Position numbers and translations under genes: made by a program. Source: Craspedostauros australis (taxonomy: Eukaryota). Taken from it: DNA of 54,445 nt. Where the stretch lies: the NCBI GenBank assembly GCA_030167865.1, contig JALAGF010000807.1, positions 1-54,445 of the forward strand, given 5' to 3'. This document shows positions 20,731 to 32,950 of the stretch, piece after piece; the stretch's first letter is position 1, and the number at the start of each line of letters is the position of its first letter. Below the pieces are notes generated by a model. It did not search any database and was not told the origin of the DNA. It saw only the letters and a list, made by a program, of their open reading frames with translations.

Positions 20731-20853
20731 CATCCACATCCACGTCCATGTCCATGTCCATGTCCATGTCCATGTCCATGTCACCTCAATGATCAGGGAA
20801 AGAGCATGGCAAATGGACATGTGGAGACTCATGTGGAGACTCATGTGGAGAAT
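20731..20853. repeat. (TGTCCA)n hexamer microsatellite followed by 3x 12-bp CATGTGGAGACT
   Basis: Read directly: 20731-20782 and 20818-20853. Confidence 0.9.
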
Positions 20854-21602
20854 CGAGTGAAACCATGCATCATCGTGGAACTGGTTCTCCATTGCGAGGC
20901 ATCGACGCTGGTTGTTCTTCGGGAGAGGAGACGAGGAGAAATCCAGCCTTTCGGGATCATGTGTGAGATCGAGTGCAACGGGATGTCTCTGAAAGTGGAG
21001 GGAACTGCGCGACATCGGACAGAATGAGAATAAGTGATAAAGTCACTTTCCTCTTCCATCCCTTCAAGGCCATGCTCCACGATGACGAGTGCGCCAGACG
21101 CAATGGCGCAATAGTGCTCTCCTTTCGGGGTTGCAGGACAGAATCGATTCGTCGCCTGACATTGCCATGATACGTTATTGATTGCGGTTGGGGAAGTGGT
21201 GCCACACACAGAGACAGACATCGTTCTACATGTTCTCAAATCGACGCATGTGGTTGCGTGTTTGGCGTCGTCGCTCTTCCAAACTACCGTCGTCCATGTC
21301 GGAAGACCACAAGCCTTGCTCGATCTCTTGAAGACGAAAACATCTCGAGTTCTTGGATGCCCGTCCATCTCACACATCGCGTTGCATGAGAGAGGGAAGC
21401 CAAAGGAAGGATTGAGATTCCACGACCATCTCCCCATCACTGGAGGAGTATGAATGCTCTTGTCTGGGCATGTGCTTCATCCGAACGGCACCCCTGGGCG
21501 TAAAGGTACGAGCTGTCATGCTCGCACTTCAACTCCCGTTCCGTGGACACATCCATCGCGCCAGCAGAAATTGGCTCTTGAACTTTGGTCCACCGAAGCG
21601 GC

Positions 21603-21636
21603 GATCCATAATTTCTTGATCCATAATTTCTTGATC
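21603..21636. repeat. Direct tandem duplication of the 15-mer GATCCATAATTTCTT
   Basis: Read directly: two copies plus GATC. Confidence 0.85.
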
Positions 21637-22569
21637 GCATACCGCATGATCGAGATTCGCCCATGTGGAAGCATGCATAGACTGGGGTCGTTCCCATCTT
21701 GGCAGCCATCATGCGAAGCTTCTGTCAGACATAGCTCCCAGCCGGCCAAGGCAGAACAACCAGCTCGACCCCACCACTTGCACAGAGCCTAATTGTTGCC
21801 ATCCGCGCTCCAATCTTATTGGCTATCAGCAGTCCGGGACGAAGGTGTGCATCAACCAATCTCCATCCGCAGGTTGTTGCGACGCACCAAACTTCATCCG
21901 GGAGACATCACAGTCGAGTCATTGGTGGTCGTGATCTCGCCGGATCCTCCTTGGTGGATCCTTGCGTCCTTTCCATCTTCCTCGATCGTGCCCATCAACG
22001 AATCTTGGTTGCGCAGCGCGAAGCGAGCATCTCACATTCAGGTGATGTGGGTGAAGCACGGCTCCAGTTTCCCACCTACCAAACACAGGCAAAGTTGAAA
22101 CTTTGGCCATGCCATCATTTTCGTGCAGTACCGTACAGACATCCTCCTCGTCTCATAAACGCAGTGGGCCACAAAAAGGCATCTGACCAAGCGACAGAAA
22201 CGTCGTTCTTGTGAGTGATAGATCGTCGCGAGAAGTACAGGACTGAAGCATAGCCATCACCTGTCATGCAGCTTGCAACTGGATCCATGCCCCATCGATG
22301 TGTGCCGCAAGTGTGCTCAAGGTGTGCTCAAGGTACACACACCATTGACTGTATCCTTACGTATTTACGACCAAAGAAACATATTCTCACCATTGTTCCC
22401 ATCTCTCCTCTTCGTTTCATTCCATTCCAGAGCACGTGCGTGCCCAAGCGATCACCAGGGCACTCATAGCCCATGCCCTTCACGCAACCATCAACCATTT
22501 CATTGCATACACGGACTGAAACGAAGACCTTCCTCTTCTGGCCCAGTGTCGGCATCTGCTCATACTTCC

Positions 22570-25500
22570 ATGGTGCGGAATTGGGCCAGGCCGACGCAGT
22601 CGGACCTGTTTCGAGCCTGTGATGCCGGCGACTTCGAGATTGTAAGGAATTGGCTCCGGCCAACTCCACCATTGGCCGCAACTCGAAGAGTCGTTGCTGG
22701 CAGAGTCCTCGCACGCGTAAGTGCAGCGTTCCGAGCACGTCTCAGCAACATGCTCGGACAGCGGATCAGCCCAGATGTCTACGCAAGAGATGAACTGAAT
22801 GGCGATACGTTGCTGCATCATGCAAGCTGGCATGGACATCTCGACATCGTTCAATTCCTCATTGGCCTGCGCCGGGCCGATGTGAACGCCAAGAACCACG
22901 CGGACGGTGACACCGCGCTCCATTACGCAGTCTACAACCAGCAGGACAGAATCGTGGCGGCTCTCTGCATGGCATGGTCAGTGAAAGTCGACATGAAGAA
23001 CCACAGCGACGGCAGCACTCCCCTCCACAATGCATGCGCTCGCGGATACCTGAAGATTGTGCACATCTTGATCGACAGCGGTCGTGCAAATGTGCACATC
23101 CAAGACGACGAAGCAAACACGCCACTTCACCATGCTTGCTTCAACGGAAAGGCAGATATCGTAAAAATTCTGGTTGAGGCCGATGGAAGCACCACCAGTG
23201 ATAGAGGAAGCAGATTCCAAGATACGCCATTGCATCTGGCATGTGCAGAGGGTCACCTCGAGATCGTGGCATACTTGGTCGACGTTGATAATGTCGACCC
23301 GAACGCAAGGAATAGGCACGGCGAGACGCCGCTTCACTATGCCTGCATGAGCGGTCATTTGCGTGTTGTGATGCATCTCATTGAAGAGACCGTCGCCGAC
23401 GTCCAAGCACGAGACAACCGACGCAAAGGAACCCCGTTGCACCACGCCTCTCAATCTGGGCATAGCGACATAGTGCAGTACTTGACGACAATGACGTCGG
23501 CAAACATCAATGCAAGGAACCAGCAAGGCGACACACCGTTGCATGATGCATCGTGGCACGGGCGTGATGAGGTCGTCAGAACCTTGCTTGATTCCAATCG
23601 GATCAACCCCAATGTCAGAAACAGCGAAACTGGATGCACGGCTCTGCACTTCGCCTGCCGCGAGGGTCACGTCGATGCCGCCAAAGCGCTACTCGACGAA
23701 CCACGAGTCGAGACTGAGATCAAGAATGCGAGGGGCGAAACACCGTTGCACGATGCGTGCGCACATGGCCACGTCGGCATCGTGCGGTGTTTCGTCGATT
23801 CCGGCAGAGCTGACTTCCTTGCCAGAACGGAGCGGGTTGGTGATACACCCCTGCACTATGCATGTCGATGTAATCAACTCGAAGTCGTGCGATACTTGGT
23901 GGAAGAGGTCAGCACTGTCACCAACATCAGTAATTTCCTCCACGAAACCGGGCTCCACCACGCTTGCTACGAAGGCCATGTCCGAATCATCCAGTACATG
24001 ATGAGGTCAGCCGGCGTCAATTTCACGGTGCAAGACCACGACAAGTTGACTCCGTTCCATGGACTCATCAGGAACTGCAACCTCGAGAAGCTGGAGGAGG
24101 TGGTCACGCGTTTCCGAGGCGATGAGATCGCCACAAGGCTGAACGGTGATACCGTCCTTCACATTGCCTGTGAGGTTGGGCGCTTGGATGTCGTTCGGTC
24201 ATTGGTTGAAGATCTCGATTTTCGACTCGACGTCCAAAACGCCGCAGGCAACACTCCTTTGCACATTGTGCTCGCGAACGAGTGTTCGGACATCGCCAGG
24301 TACATCATGATCGCAATGGCAAACAACGAGAGCAATCTTCCCACCAACGTTGAGGGAAACGATCTGCAGCGGATTCCAAACGAGCAAGGGAATCCCCCCT
24401 TTCTCCACGCATTTCTGTCTCTGAAGTTGCAGCAACTCCATCCGTTGATGAGGAGCACACAGTTGGACGTGAATGTCCAGCACCACAGCGGAGAGACGCT
24501 GCTCCATCGACTTTGTCGAGAGGACAGCAGAGCGAAGGCGGAATATCTTTTCCAAGACCTCAACGTAGACCCGGACAAGCAAAATGTTCATGGCGACACG
24601 CCACTACACATCGCATGCAACATGGACCATCCGGATTTCACGAGGTATCTTATCTTCTCTCTCTCCGCTGACATCAACCTTCAAAATGAAGCGGGGAGGA
24701 CACCGTTGTACTGCGCGTGCCAAGCAGGCCGCGCGGTAATCGTGAAAAAGCTCCTGAGAAGACCTGAAATCGATTCAAACACAACGAACTCGTCAGGCTA
24801 TACCCCGCTCCATACAGCATGCATCAACGGACACCTCGGGATAGTCCAGCAGCTACTCGTGCACCGCCGCACGAATACCAACCTTGTCAACGATCTAGGT
24901 AACACGGCCTTCCATCACGCGTGCTCTGCGCAGCATCTCGACATCGTTCGTCACATGATGCAGTCCATTCGTGTCAGCCCAAACATTCAAAACCATTTGG
25001 GAAACACTCCTTTGCATGACGCTTGCCTCAAGGCGGATGTAACTCTTATCAGATGTCTCCTGTCGTCATCTGACGTCCATACCAATCTTAGAAACAACGA
25101 AGGTGACACTCCGATCCATTGTGCATGCAGGGCAGGCGAAATAGCAGCGGTGAGACTGTTGGTCGAAGTTGGGGTGGCTCACTTGAACGATCAGAACAAC
25201 GAAGGTGATACCCCGTTGCATGTTGCGTTCAAGCTGAATCACGAAGACATCGCACAGTTTCTCATGCAACTGCCCGGGGTGTTCACAGCCATCCCAAACG
25301 ACCGCAACGATACTGCTCTTCATTACGTGTGCGAGAGGGGACATTTCCTCGCGATTGACAACGCCTTCACCTTATCGCACATCTACGAGGATATCCGCCG
25401 CAATACGATACCAGCGGGGGATATTGACCAAGTGTTCACAGGTGTTCGCTCAGATCTGATCGAGAGACTGATTTGGGCCGCTCACGGGATCAATGACATC

Positions 25501-27309
25501 CAAAATAGCAATGGTGACACACCATTGCACAATGCGTGCAGACATGGCAACGTGAGAATGGTAGAAGAGCTGATCAGTTCGTTCCAAGTGGACGCCACTC
25601 TTCAGAACAATCGTGGTGACACGCTGCTTCACGTCGCCTGCCGTCGCGGCAGCTTGTCCATCATCAGTATGTTGGCCGCATCCGGCAACGTCCGCAAGGA
25701 TGCCAACATTGCAAATCACGAAGGCGATACGATTGCGCATATCGCAATCCAAGGAGGCCACGAAGATATCGTGCATCTCCTGATGCGGCGCTTCGACTTC
25801 CAGCTCGATGTCAACATACGAAACCGACGTGGCGAGACACCGTTGCAAATCGCGTGCAGCCAAGATCAAGGAAGTATCATCACATTCTTGATCTCCTCAG
25901 GCCGCATCAATGGCAACCTCCCTAATGCCGAAGGCAATACCATCCTGCATCGATACTGCGACCGCGGCAATATTGGGATGGTCAAATATCTGGTGGGCTT
26001 CACAAACGTCGACGTCAATCTCCCGAATCACCAAGGTGCGACTCCTCTTCACATCGCCTGCGCGAAACGAAATATGGATCTGTTGCGGATCCTCAACGAG
26101 TCAAACCGCCTCATCATCGACCAGCCGAACAGAAAGGGAGACACAGTTCTGCACCAGACATGCTGGAGTAATTCGCATGTGCTAGTACAGTACTTGGTGA
26201 AAGACGCAGGAGCAAAAGTGAATGCTCGGAACCGCTCCCATGATACTCCGCTGCATCACGCAAGCTTGCGAGGCAATTTTAGGTGCGTATGGGAGCTCAT
26301 GGAATCCAATCGGGCACAGGCATTTGTCGAGAATCGAGCGGGCATAACCCCGTTGGAAAACTCGTGCAGGGCGGGCCATCTGAGCACCTTTGCATACCTT
26401 GCCCAATTTGCGCGCGACATTTCCAATTTCCGAACTGCTGATGGCGATACGATGCTGCACCTCGCAAGCTGCTGTCAGCATGTGCCCATTGTGAGGCATT
26501 TGCTTGAAACGCTGGGCGTCAGCGTGGACGCCACAAACAACCGACAACAAACCGTATTGCACATCGCCTGCGCAAGAGGCCATCTCGACCTGGTGGAGTA
26601 TTTGGTCTCCCCCGTGCACTCCGATCCAGCCGTTGATGTCAATGCTCTTGATCAGGAAGGAAATACCCCACTACATCTCGCTTGCCTACATTACGGCGAA
26701 ATCGCAGGGAATTATTGGGAGATCATCGGCACCTTGCTTAACCAAGACGGAACCAATATCAACGCCACCAACCTTCGGCACGAGACACCTTTGCTCGTCG
26801 CCTGCAAAGAATTCACGGATATCGACATCGGATACGATACCGTCATCGAGGAATTGATCGATGGTGGACGGGCTGATGTCAACATATGCGACATCGATGG
26901 AAACACGCCTTTGCATCACATTGCCAGGCACGGGTACTTCGCGATCTTCAAGCACATCGCCGACACGGATGGTGCCAACGTCGATGTGCGCAACCTTTCC
27001 GGGCAAACACCGCTGCACACCGCCTGCCGGGAGCAAGAATCGATGGATGAGATTGGTGGAACGTTTCATCTCATCATCCAGCTCTTGTTGGAAGAGCACC
27101 AGCTGGACATCAACGAGCGCGATAGCGCGGGCAACACCCCGCTGCATTTGATTTGCAATGGGGACCTGCCGTCCTTGGACGAAGTGAGATACTTGGTCCG
27201 GACAGGTGCTGACATTCATGTTACGAATGACGCCGGTCGAACCCCGGTTGACAACGCAAGGAGGAAGGACCGCGCTGAACTGATTGAGTTTTTTGAGACA
27301 CTCAGTTAG
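22570..27309 (+). CDS. Large intronless ankyrin-repeat protein (~1579 aa, ~42 repeats)
   Basis: About 42 G-[DNE]-T-P-L-H-x-A-like motifs counted by eye across the whole ORF. First ATG is at 22570. Confidence 0.93.
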   Translation: MVRNWARPTQSDLFRACDAGDFEIVRNWLRPTPPLAATRRVVAGRVLARVSAAFRARLSNMLGQRISPDVYARDELNGDTLLHHASWHGHLDIVQFLIGLRRADVNAKNHADGDTALHYAVYNQQDRIVAALCMAWSVKVDMKNHSDGSTPLHNACARGYLKIVHILIDSGRANVHIQDDEANTPLHHACFNGKADIVKILVEADGSTTSDRGSRFQDTPLHLACAEGHLEIVAYLVDVDNVDPNARNRHGETPLHYACMSGHLRVVMHLIEETVADVQARDNRRKGTPLHHASQSGHSDIVQYLTTMTSANINARNQQGDTPLHDASWHGRDEVVRTLLDSNRINPNVRNSETGCTALHFACREGHVDAAKALLDEPRVETEIKNARGETPLHDACAHGHVGIVRCFVDSGRADFLARTERVGDTPLHYACRCNQLEVVRYLVEEVSTVTNISNFLHETGLHHACYEGHVRIIQYMMRSAGVNFTVQDHDKLTPFHGLIRNCNLEKLEEVVTRFRGDEIATRLNGDTVLHIACEVGRLDVVRSLVEDLDFRLDVQNAAGNTPLHIVLANECSDIARYIMIAMANNESNLPTNVEGNDLQRIPNEQGNPPFLHAFLSLKLQQLHPLMRSTQLDVNVQHHSGETLLHRLCREDSRAKAEYLFQDLNVDPDKQNVHGDTPLHIACNMDHPDFTRYLIFSLSADINLQNEAGRTPLYCACQAGRAVIVKKLLRRPEIDSNTTNSSGYTPLHTACINGHLGIVQQLLVHRRTNTNLVNDLGNTAFHHACSAQHLDIVRHMMQSIRVSPNIQNHLGNTPLHDACLKADVTLIRCLLSSSDVHTNLRNNEGDTPIHCACRAGEIAAVRLLVEVGVAHLNDQNNEGDTPLHVAFKLNHEDIAQFLMQLPGVFTAIPNDRNDTALHYVCERGHFLAIDNAFTLSHIYEDIRRNTIPAGDIDQVFTGVRSDLIERLIWAAHGINDIQNSNGDTPLHNACRHGNVRMVEELISSFQVDATLQNNRGDTLLHVACRRGSLSIISMLAASGNVRKDANIANHEGDTIAHIAIQGGHEDIVHLLMRRFDFQLDVNIRNRRGETPLQIACSQDQGSIITFLISSGRINGNLPNAEGNTILHRYCDRGNIGMVKYLVGFTNVDVNLPNHQGATPLHIACAKRNMDLLRILNESNRLIIDQPNRKGDTVLHQTCWSNSHVLVQYLVKDAGAKVNARNRSHDTPLHHASLRGNFRCVWELMESNRAQAFVENRAGITPLENSCRAGHLSTFAYLAQFARDISNFRTADGDTMLHLASCCQHVPIVRHLLETLGVSVDATNNRQQTVLHIACARGHLDLVEYLVSPVHSDPAVDVNALDQEGNTPLHLACLHYGEIAGNYWEIIGTLLNQDGTNINATNLRHETPLLVACKEFTDIDIGYDTVIEELIDGGRADVNICDIDGNTPLHHIARHGYFAIFKHIADTDGANVDVRNLSGQTPLHTACREQESMDEIGGTFHLIIQLLLEEHQLDINERDSAGNTPLHLICNGDLPSLDEVRYLVRTGADIHVTNDAGRTPVDNARRKDRAELIEFFETLS

Positions 27310-27654
27310 AGGCAGTCGCTGTGGAGCCCGCACGGGAATGGTGCTGTTGCGAGCCTACAACTACCAGTACCAGCACCAATACGGGCATTTTTACACACAG
27401 AGATGCAGCGCAAGCGGTCACAACATGTGGTATCACCATGTGTTGGGCAGATGATGCTGCGGATTCTTCTCCATCCTATTTTTGTGAAACAATTTTACGT
27501 CAAATAATGCATACAACAATTTAGAAAAACCAAGTAATTTTGAGACCGAGGGAGAGAGGATGTGAACGTATGGTGTGCGCATGGTGCATGTTCTGCGGCG
27601 AGGCTGTTATGTATAATAGTTTACTCGTGCCATGCAATATCCGTAGCATCTTCT

Positions 27655-29115
27655 CTATGCTGGCGTTTGCTGCTGGAGAAGCGTTGGCACATCGATCTCG
27701 AAGACCCGCACGGAGTTGTCATCACCGCCGGACACGACAATTGCCGCACCGCTGGACATGAATTGGATGTCCATGTCGTTGATCAGGTTGGTGTGTCCCG
27801 TGATCGTCTGCACCAGGGTACCGCTCCTCGCGTCCCACAGATATATCTTGCCGGAACCGGTCGCTGTGAATACAACCGGCAGAGTTGGATGCCAGCGCAG
27901 TCGCGTGATGCCATCGGTATCCTGCGCCTCGACCTTGCAAACGTGCCGACACTGACCACCATCGCGCGTTAGATCCCAGATCTTGAGCACACCATCCACG
28001 CCCGCTGTTGCGCACCAGTTGGGATTGGCCGGTGAGAAGCCAACGCCTTCGACGCTCATTGGGAATTCCATCATGGCATCCTCATCGCCTTCATTCATGT
28101 TGTTGCCGTTGTTGTTTGTTGCGTTGTTGGCTGGAGCTTCAAAGTGACGCAAGATCGCCACGACCTTCTTCGTTCCCGTGTGGCACACGTGCACCTGGCC
28201 ATCCTCGGCACCAACCAGAACGAGGTGACCGTCGCTGCCTCCGTTGGTGGCCATGCAGGTCAATCCCGCCTCGCCCAACCTGAAGGTGTGCTTGCAAAGC
28301 CCCGTCTTGGGCGCCCAAATTCGCAACGTGCCATCCGAACTGGCGCTCAGGGCCAATTTGCCATCCGGCGTGAACGCACCCGCGGTGACGCCCTGCTCGT
28401 GTCCCACGAAGACCTGCAGGCACTTGTTGAGAGGGACGTGGAACATCCAGACCGTGCCGTCGCCGGATCCCGCCAGCAGCACGGAACCGCCCTTGGGATG
28501 GAAGCAGAGCCACTCGACATCGGACGGGCCTTCCAGCTTGAGCTTTTGCGCGCCGGTGTCTGGATCGTAGAGGACGATGGCGCCATCGTAGGCACCGACC
28601 GCGGCCAGTTTGGGCGTCTTTTTGGGATCCGGTCCCACGAAGGCCATGTTGAATGCGACGCAGGAGACGCTGTCGGTGTGATTGTATGGGAGCTGATGTG
28701 AGGTCGTCGCGCCCGGCAACCGATGGAAGAAGGCCTTGTCATCGCCTGCTCCCGACAGTATGGACAGCTCGGAATCGTTCTGCAAATGGCATGCGACGGC
28801 GTAGACGGAATCCGTGTGGGTTTCCAGCTTGGATTTGGCCATGTCCACGACGATCTCTTGATCGGTTTGTTTGCTTCCATCTGCTGTTGCTGTGTTGTCA
28901 TCGGCATTGTCAGCATCGTCAGCATCGTTGTCATCATCGTCATCGCCTTCATCCATAGGGATGTCGTTATCATCGACCTTGACTTCGACGGTATCCTCCG
29001 GATTCACGAAGGCAGGCGTATCGTCGACGCCTTCTGCCATCTCATCTGTTTCTTGGGTTGGCGTCTGCTCGCTGTCCATCATGTTGGACGTCTCGTCTTC
29101 TTGTTTGCTTTCCAT
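27655..29115 (-). CDS. SQT1: WD40 protein, Sqt1/AAMP-like (uL16 chaperone, 60S assembly)
   Basis: Acidic N-terminus, then HTDSVYAV...LSGAGDDKA, HTDSVSCVAF, VEWLCFHPKGGSVLLAGSGDGTVWM and QVFVGH..GVTAGAFTPDGK, as in AAMP/Sqt1. Likely ATG 29115. Confidence 0.8.
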   Translation of the reverse strand: MESKQEDETSNMMDSEQTPTQETDEMAEGVDDTPAFVNPEDTVEVKVDDNDIPMDEGDDDDDNDADDADNADDNTATADGSKQTDQEIVVDMAKSKLETHTDSVYAVACHLQNDSELSILSGAGDDKAFFHRLPGATTSHQLPYNHTDSVSCVAFNMAFVGPDPKKTPKLAAVGAYDGAIVLYDPDTGAQKLKLEGPSDVEWLCFHPKGGSVLLAGSGDGTVWMFHVPLNKCLQVFVGHEQGVTAGAFTPDGKLALSASSDGTLRIWAPKTGLCKHTFRLGEAGLTCMATNGGSDGHLVLVGAEDGQVHVCHTGTKKVVAILRHFEAPANNATNNNGNNMNEGDEDAMMEFPMSVEGVGFSPANPNWCATAGVDGVLKIWDLTRDGGQCRHVCKVEAQDTDGITRLRWHPTLPVVFTATGSGKIYLWDARSGTLVQTITGHTNLINDMDIQFMSSGAAIVVSGGDDNSVRVFEIDVPTLLQQQTPA

Positions 29116-30490
29116 GATTGCTGTTGAGTCCGCTGTTGCTGTTGCTGCTGGGGTAGTTGTGGTTGATTCGATTCGATGGTCTTGCTGTGAATTGTCTGGT
29201 TGTAGTTGAAGTTGTGATTGAAACAAACGTTTCGCAGAGTATTCTGCAACCGCGGTGTGAAGAATCTTGTGAACATGTGTGGGCGCAGCGTGTCGCGTTC
29301 GGTGTTGTCCTCGTTGTTTGGCTTCTGGTTTTGATGGGTCGTTCGAAGAATTTCGTGGACGTGCTCGGCGAAGCATGGAATTTGACGTGTGCAGGACAGG
29401 CGGTTCGATTGAGTCAACCCTCATATCCACGACTGAGAAAATTGGGCTCGAGTTGGGACACGCTGACTCCGAAATTGTTTTGGAGTCCCGAGCCCATCCA
29501 GATGAGTCCAGGTGCGAGCTCTCACAATCACGCCTGCATCACCAGGGGCTCACTGAACTCGCACAAATGAGTATTGAGGACACCTTGGATAGCGAGCGTA
29601 GACGAGGGGCAAGAGTAGCCAATGTTTGAGCAACTCATGAAGCCACAACTTCGCTTCCTCGCTGTCATCGTCTGCTCTAACTCAACAGATCCTCCGCCTC
29701 AAGTGCGCTATATCTTTCTGATGCCTGCAAATGTAACCAATCAGAGTGCAGAACTGCACAAGAACATGAGGGCTCTCCTTTGTATTGAACCGGAAGATTC
29801 GGCTCTGGTCTTCATATCCAAAGACGTGCGCCTGGTACAACTGCAAAGGAGCCACGCTGACTACACAAGCATGGACAGCTCATGTCATGGCTCTGCAAGC
29901 CAACTATTTCTACGACTTCTCGAAACCGACATGTTCCTATCATAATCCACACGCTGATAGAATATCAAATTCTAATCTAACTCTCTTCTGTCCGCACCGC
30001 TCGGTCTCCTACTTTGCTCTGTCCAGTTCTCAGCAACAAGCGGTTCTTCAGCCGGTTGCGAACAGGGCCTTCGCATGCGTCTCTGCTTGGAGGCACGGGA
30101 CATTCACTCGAGTCTTGCATGGGAGGATTTCTGGCTGGTTCGTGGATGCCCAGGATCACACGAGAAGAACTGTTCTGTTCGTGCCAAGGACGGAGTGGGA
30201 AAACACCCTTGTCTTTCCGTGATCTTTGCGACAGTTCGCGTCCTGGTTCCCGACACTTGCGCATGGTTTGACGATGTCCATTGGGCGGTCTTGGAGGGTG
30301 CGAACATAGCCTGAGCATACAAACCACAAGTGTTGCAAACGAGCAGCCTCGGAACAGTTCGAAGAGGACATAATCTTCCGCCGAGTTGGAGCTCCCAGCG
30401 ATCCAAACTGGAGGCAGCAAAAGCATCAGCGCAAACACACTGCCTCTCTCCCCAGAGAGTGGGCGCATCATTTCGGAAACTGCTTCCAAG

Positions 30491-32775
30491 ATGAACCCTC
30501 GATACCAGCCGCAGACGCAGCAGCAGCGGCATCAACAGCAATACTACCAGTATCAACAACAACAGCAGCAGCAGCAGCAAGTGCGCCCGCAACAGCAATA
30601 CCAACAGGCCCAATACCGGCAGCATCAAGCGCAGCCGCAGGCTCGACTGCAGCAACAGCCACAGAATCCAGATGCCGCCAAGCGCATGTACTTGCACCAG
30701 CAGGGCTGGCCAACTGGTGCGTTCCCAATTATGAGTAACCGTGCGCAGAAAGCAAGCCGCTTTGGTTCATCCATCCTTGCATTCTGAACAGCCTTGTCTT
30801 CGCCATTAGGGTCCTCTCACCTTCATGAATTCGATCCATTCCTCCCGTATTCTCTCTTCTGTTGTACCTCGCTATCACCCAATCGCTCTGCCATGCTCTG
30901 CGTCCAACAGGCCTGATCAATGTCGTCATGCAACAGGCGCATCGATTCCCATTGCGCTTTTGGATCATGGACAACAGCAGCTCCATGCAAACGCAGGATG
31001 CGCACGTGGTCTCCGGATCCACCATAATGGGCCTGCAGCGTTCGAATTGCACGCGATGGCATGAGGCACAGAGTTCCATGATGAACTTCTCGCATCTGGC
31101 GGCGACCCTGCACCTGCCAACGCGATTCTCCATGCTCAATGATCTCGGATCCATGTTCGGTCCACCCAACTTCTCCGTCGGTGAACAGGGCCCGCACAAA
31201 ATCGCCGAGGACATGCAGAAAGCGCAGGCCATCATCCAACGGGCATATCCATCTGGCGCCACGCCTTTGGCGCAGCACCTGGCGGCCATTCGGAACGTCG
31301 TGGTGCAGGTGGCGGACTCCGTGCGCGCAGGTCAGCGCATCCTGCCCATCATCATTGCGACGGATGGCATCCCCAGCGACAAGGATGGCAACGAGGGGTA
31401 CATCATCCAGGATCAGTTCCGCACCACGCTGCGCAGCTTCGCTGGATTGCCCGTTTGGATCGTCATTCGCTTGTGCACCGATGACGACTCTGTCTTTGAT
31501 TTTTACCATTCCCTCAACAGTATGCAGCTCAACATCTCGGTTGATGTGTTGGACGACTACTTCGGCGAGGCCCTGGAGGTCTACCTGCAGAATCCGTGGC
31601 TCACGTACCCCTTGCCGATCCATCGCATACGCGAAATCGGATTCTACGTGCCTCCGTTCGATCAGCTGGATGATCGACCGCTCAGCTTCACCCAGCTGCA
31701 TCAATTGTTCTCGGTCATATTCGAGCATGGATCGACATTGCCCAATCCGCAGTACGATTGGGTCGGCTTCTTGCGTGGCACGGCACGCCTCTTGACTCGC
31801 GAGCAGCATTACTTCAATCCTGTTCTGCGCACTCGTACACCGCTCGTAGACATACGCCGTTTGCATGCGACATACGGACGTGGCATGAAGTTGCCACATG
31901 ATCTTCAAAGCATTCCGCACTTTCCAGAGCCACCAAAGACCAGGGCGCCTGTTGTCAACAAGCCCGTGGGTCCAGCTCAAGGCACAAAATGGCCGTCTGC
32001 CATGGGTGGATCCTTGCGCACGAATCCCAATGCGATCCCGAAGCCGCAAAGCGCGACGAGATCAACTTCGATGCCGAATCAGCCGTTTGGCCAGTCGAAT
32101 GCAAGTGGTGGCAACTCCTCCAACGGAACCTCCAATACCACGAACGGAAGCAATGCGCAATCGCAACAACCGTACGTGCCGTCCAACAGCAGCAGCAGCC
32201 CATCAGACAACACGGCATTGAAGTACAGCATCTTGCGCTGGGCCGTGGCCTCCAATCAACTGCGCCCCATCGATCAGCTGCTGAGTTCGTTGCAACAGAC
32301 ATTCCCTCCGGCGTTTGGCACGCCAACACATGCGTACTTTCAGAAATGGCGTCCAATTTCGCACGAAGTGCTGAAGCAACGCAGCGCTCCTGTCATCAAA
32401 CGAGGTACGTATGCGACGCGTGTTTGTTGCAGTGATTGACGTTGCACGAGTATGAAGTGTGGCTACGAATACACCACCTAGGGACTTCAACATGCGCACT
32501 CTTTGGGATTGTGCATCTGCCGTAATTAAACTGCGACTATGCTCTCCGTTGATGCTGAGTACTCACACGACCAGCGTTGTGGCAATCATTCAATACTCCA
32601 CGTACCATACTTTGCACATTTTCATTCGTTGTTCCTTTTATGTACAGCCTTCCGCAAAGCCAAATTCTTCTTGCACCCTGACAAACTCCCGCGCGACATG
32701 TCCAAGGATCACCTGTTCCTGTGCAAGATGCTGTGGGACATTCTCGCTGACGCCTGGGAGATGTTCGATGCGTAA
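30491..32775 (+). CDS. vWA-domain protein with C-terminal auxilin-like J domain; three exons (30491-30716, 30911-32404, 32648-32775), 615 aa
   Basis: MIDAS elements DNSSSM, GATPL and ATDGIP. Introns GTGCGT..AACAG and GTACGT..TACAG give a continuous frame of 1848 nt, ending IKRAFRKAKFFLHPDKLP...LWDILADAWEMF. Confidence 0.8.
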
Positions 32776-32950
32776 TCGATGGCGTCTCTGGTGTGCTCCC
32801 GTTCCGTCTTTCATGTGAAATGTGTGGTAACACGATAGGTATGAGTACTGTAACTGCCGCTTCACGGAATAGTATTCAATAGGAAACGACCGTTGTGATT
32901 GTAGATTGTGCTCCAGCTATCATGCCATACCGAATTGCCACGCATGCACT

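Noticed and set aside
22273-22569. N-terminal ORF extensions from the track (also 14464, 35449, 7583, 47548)
   Set aside because: These use non-ATG starts in a eukaryotic context, so the first suitable ATG was used.
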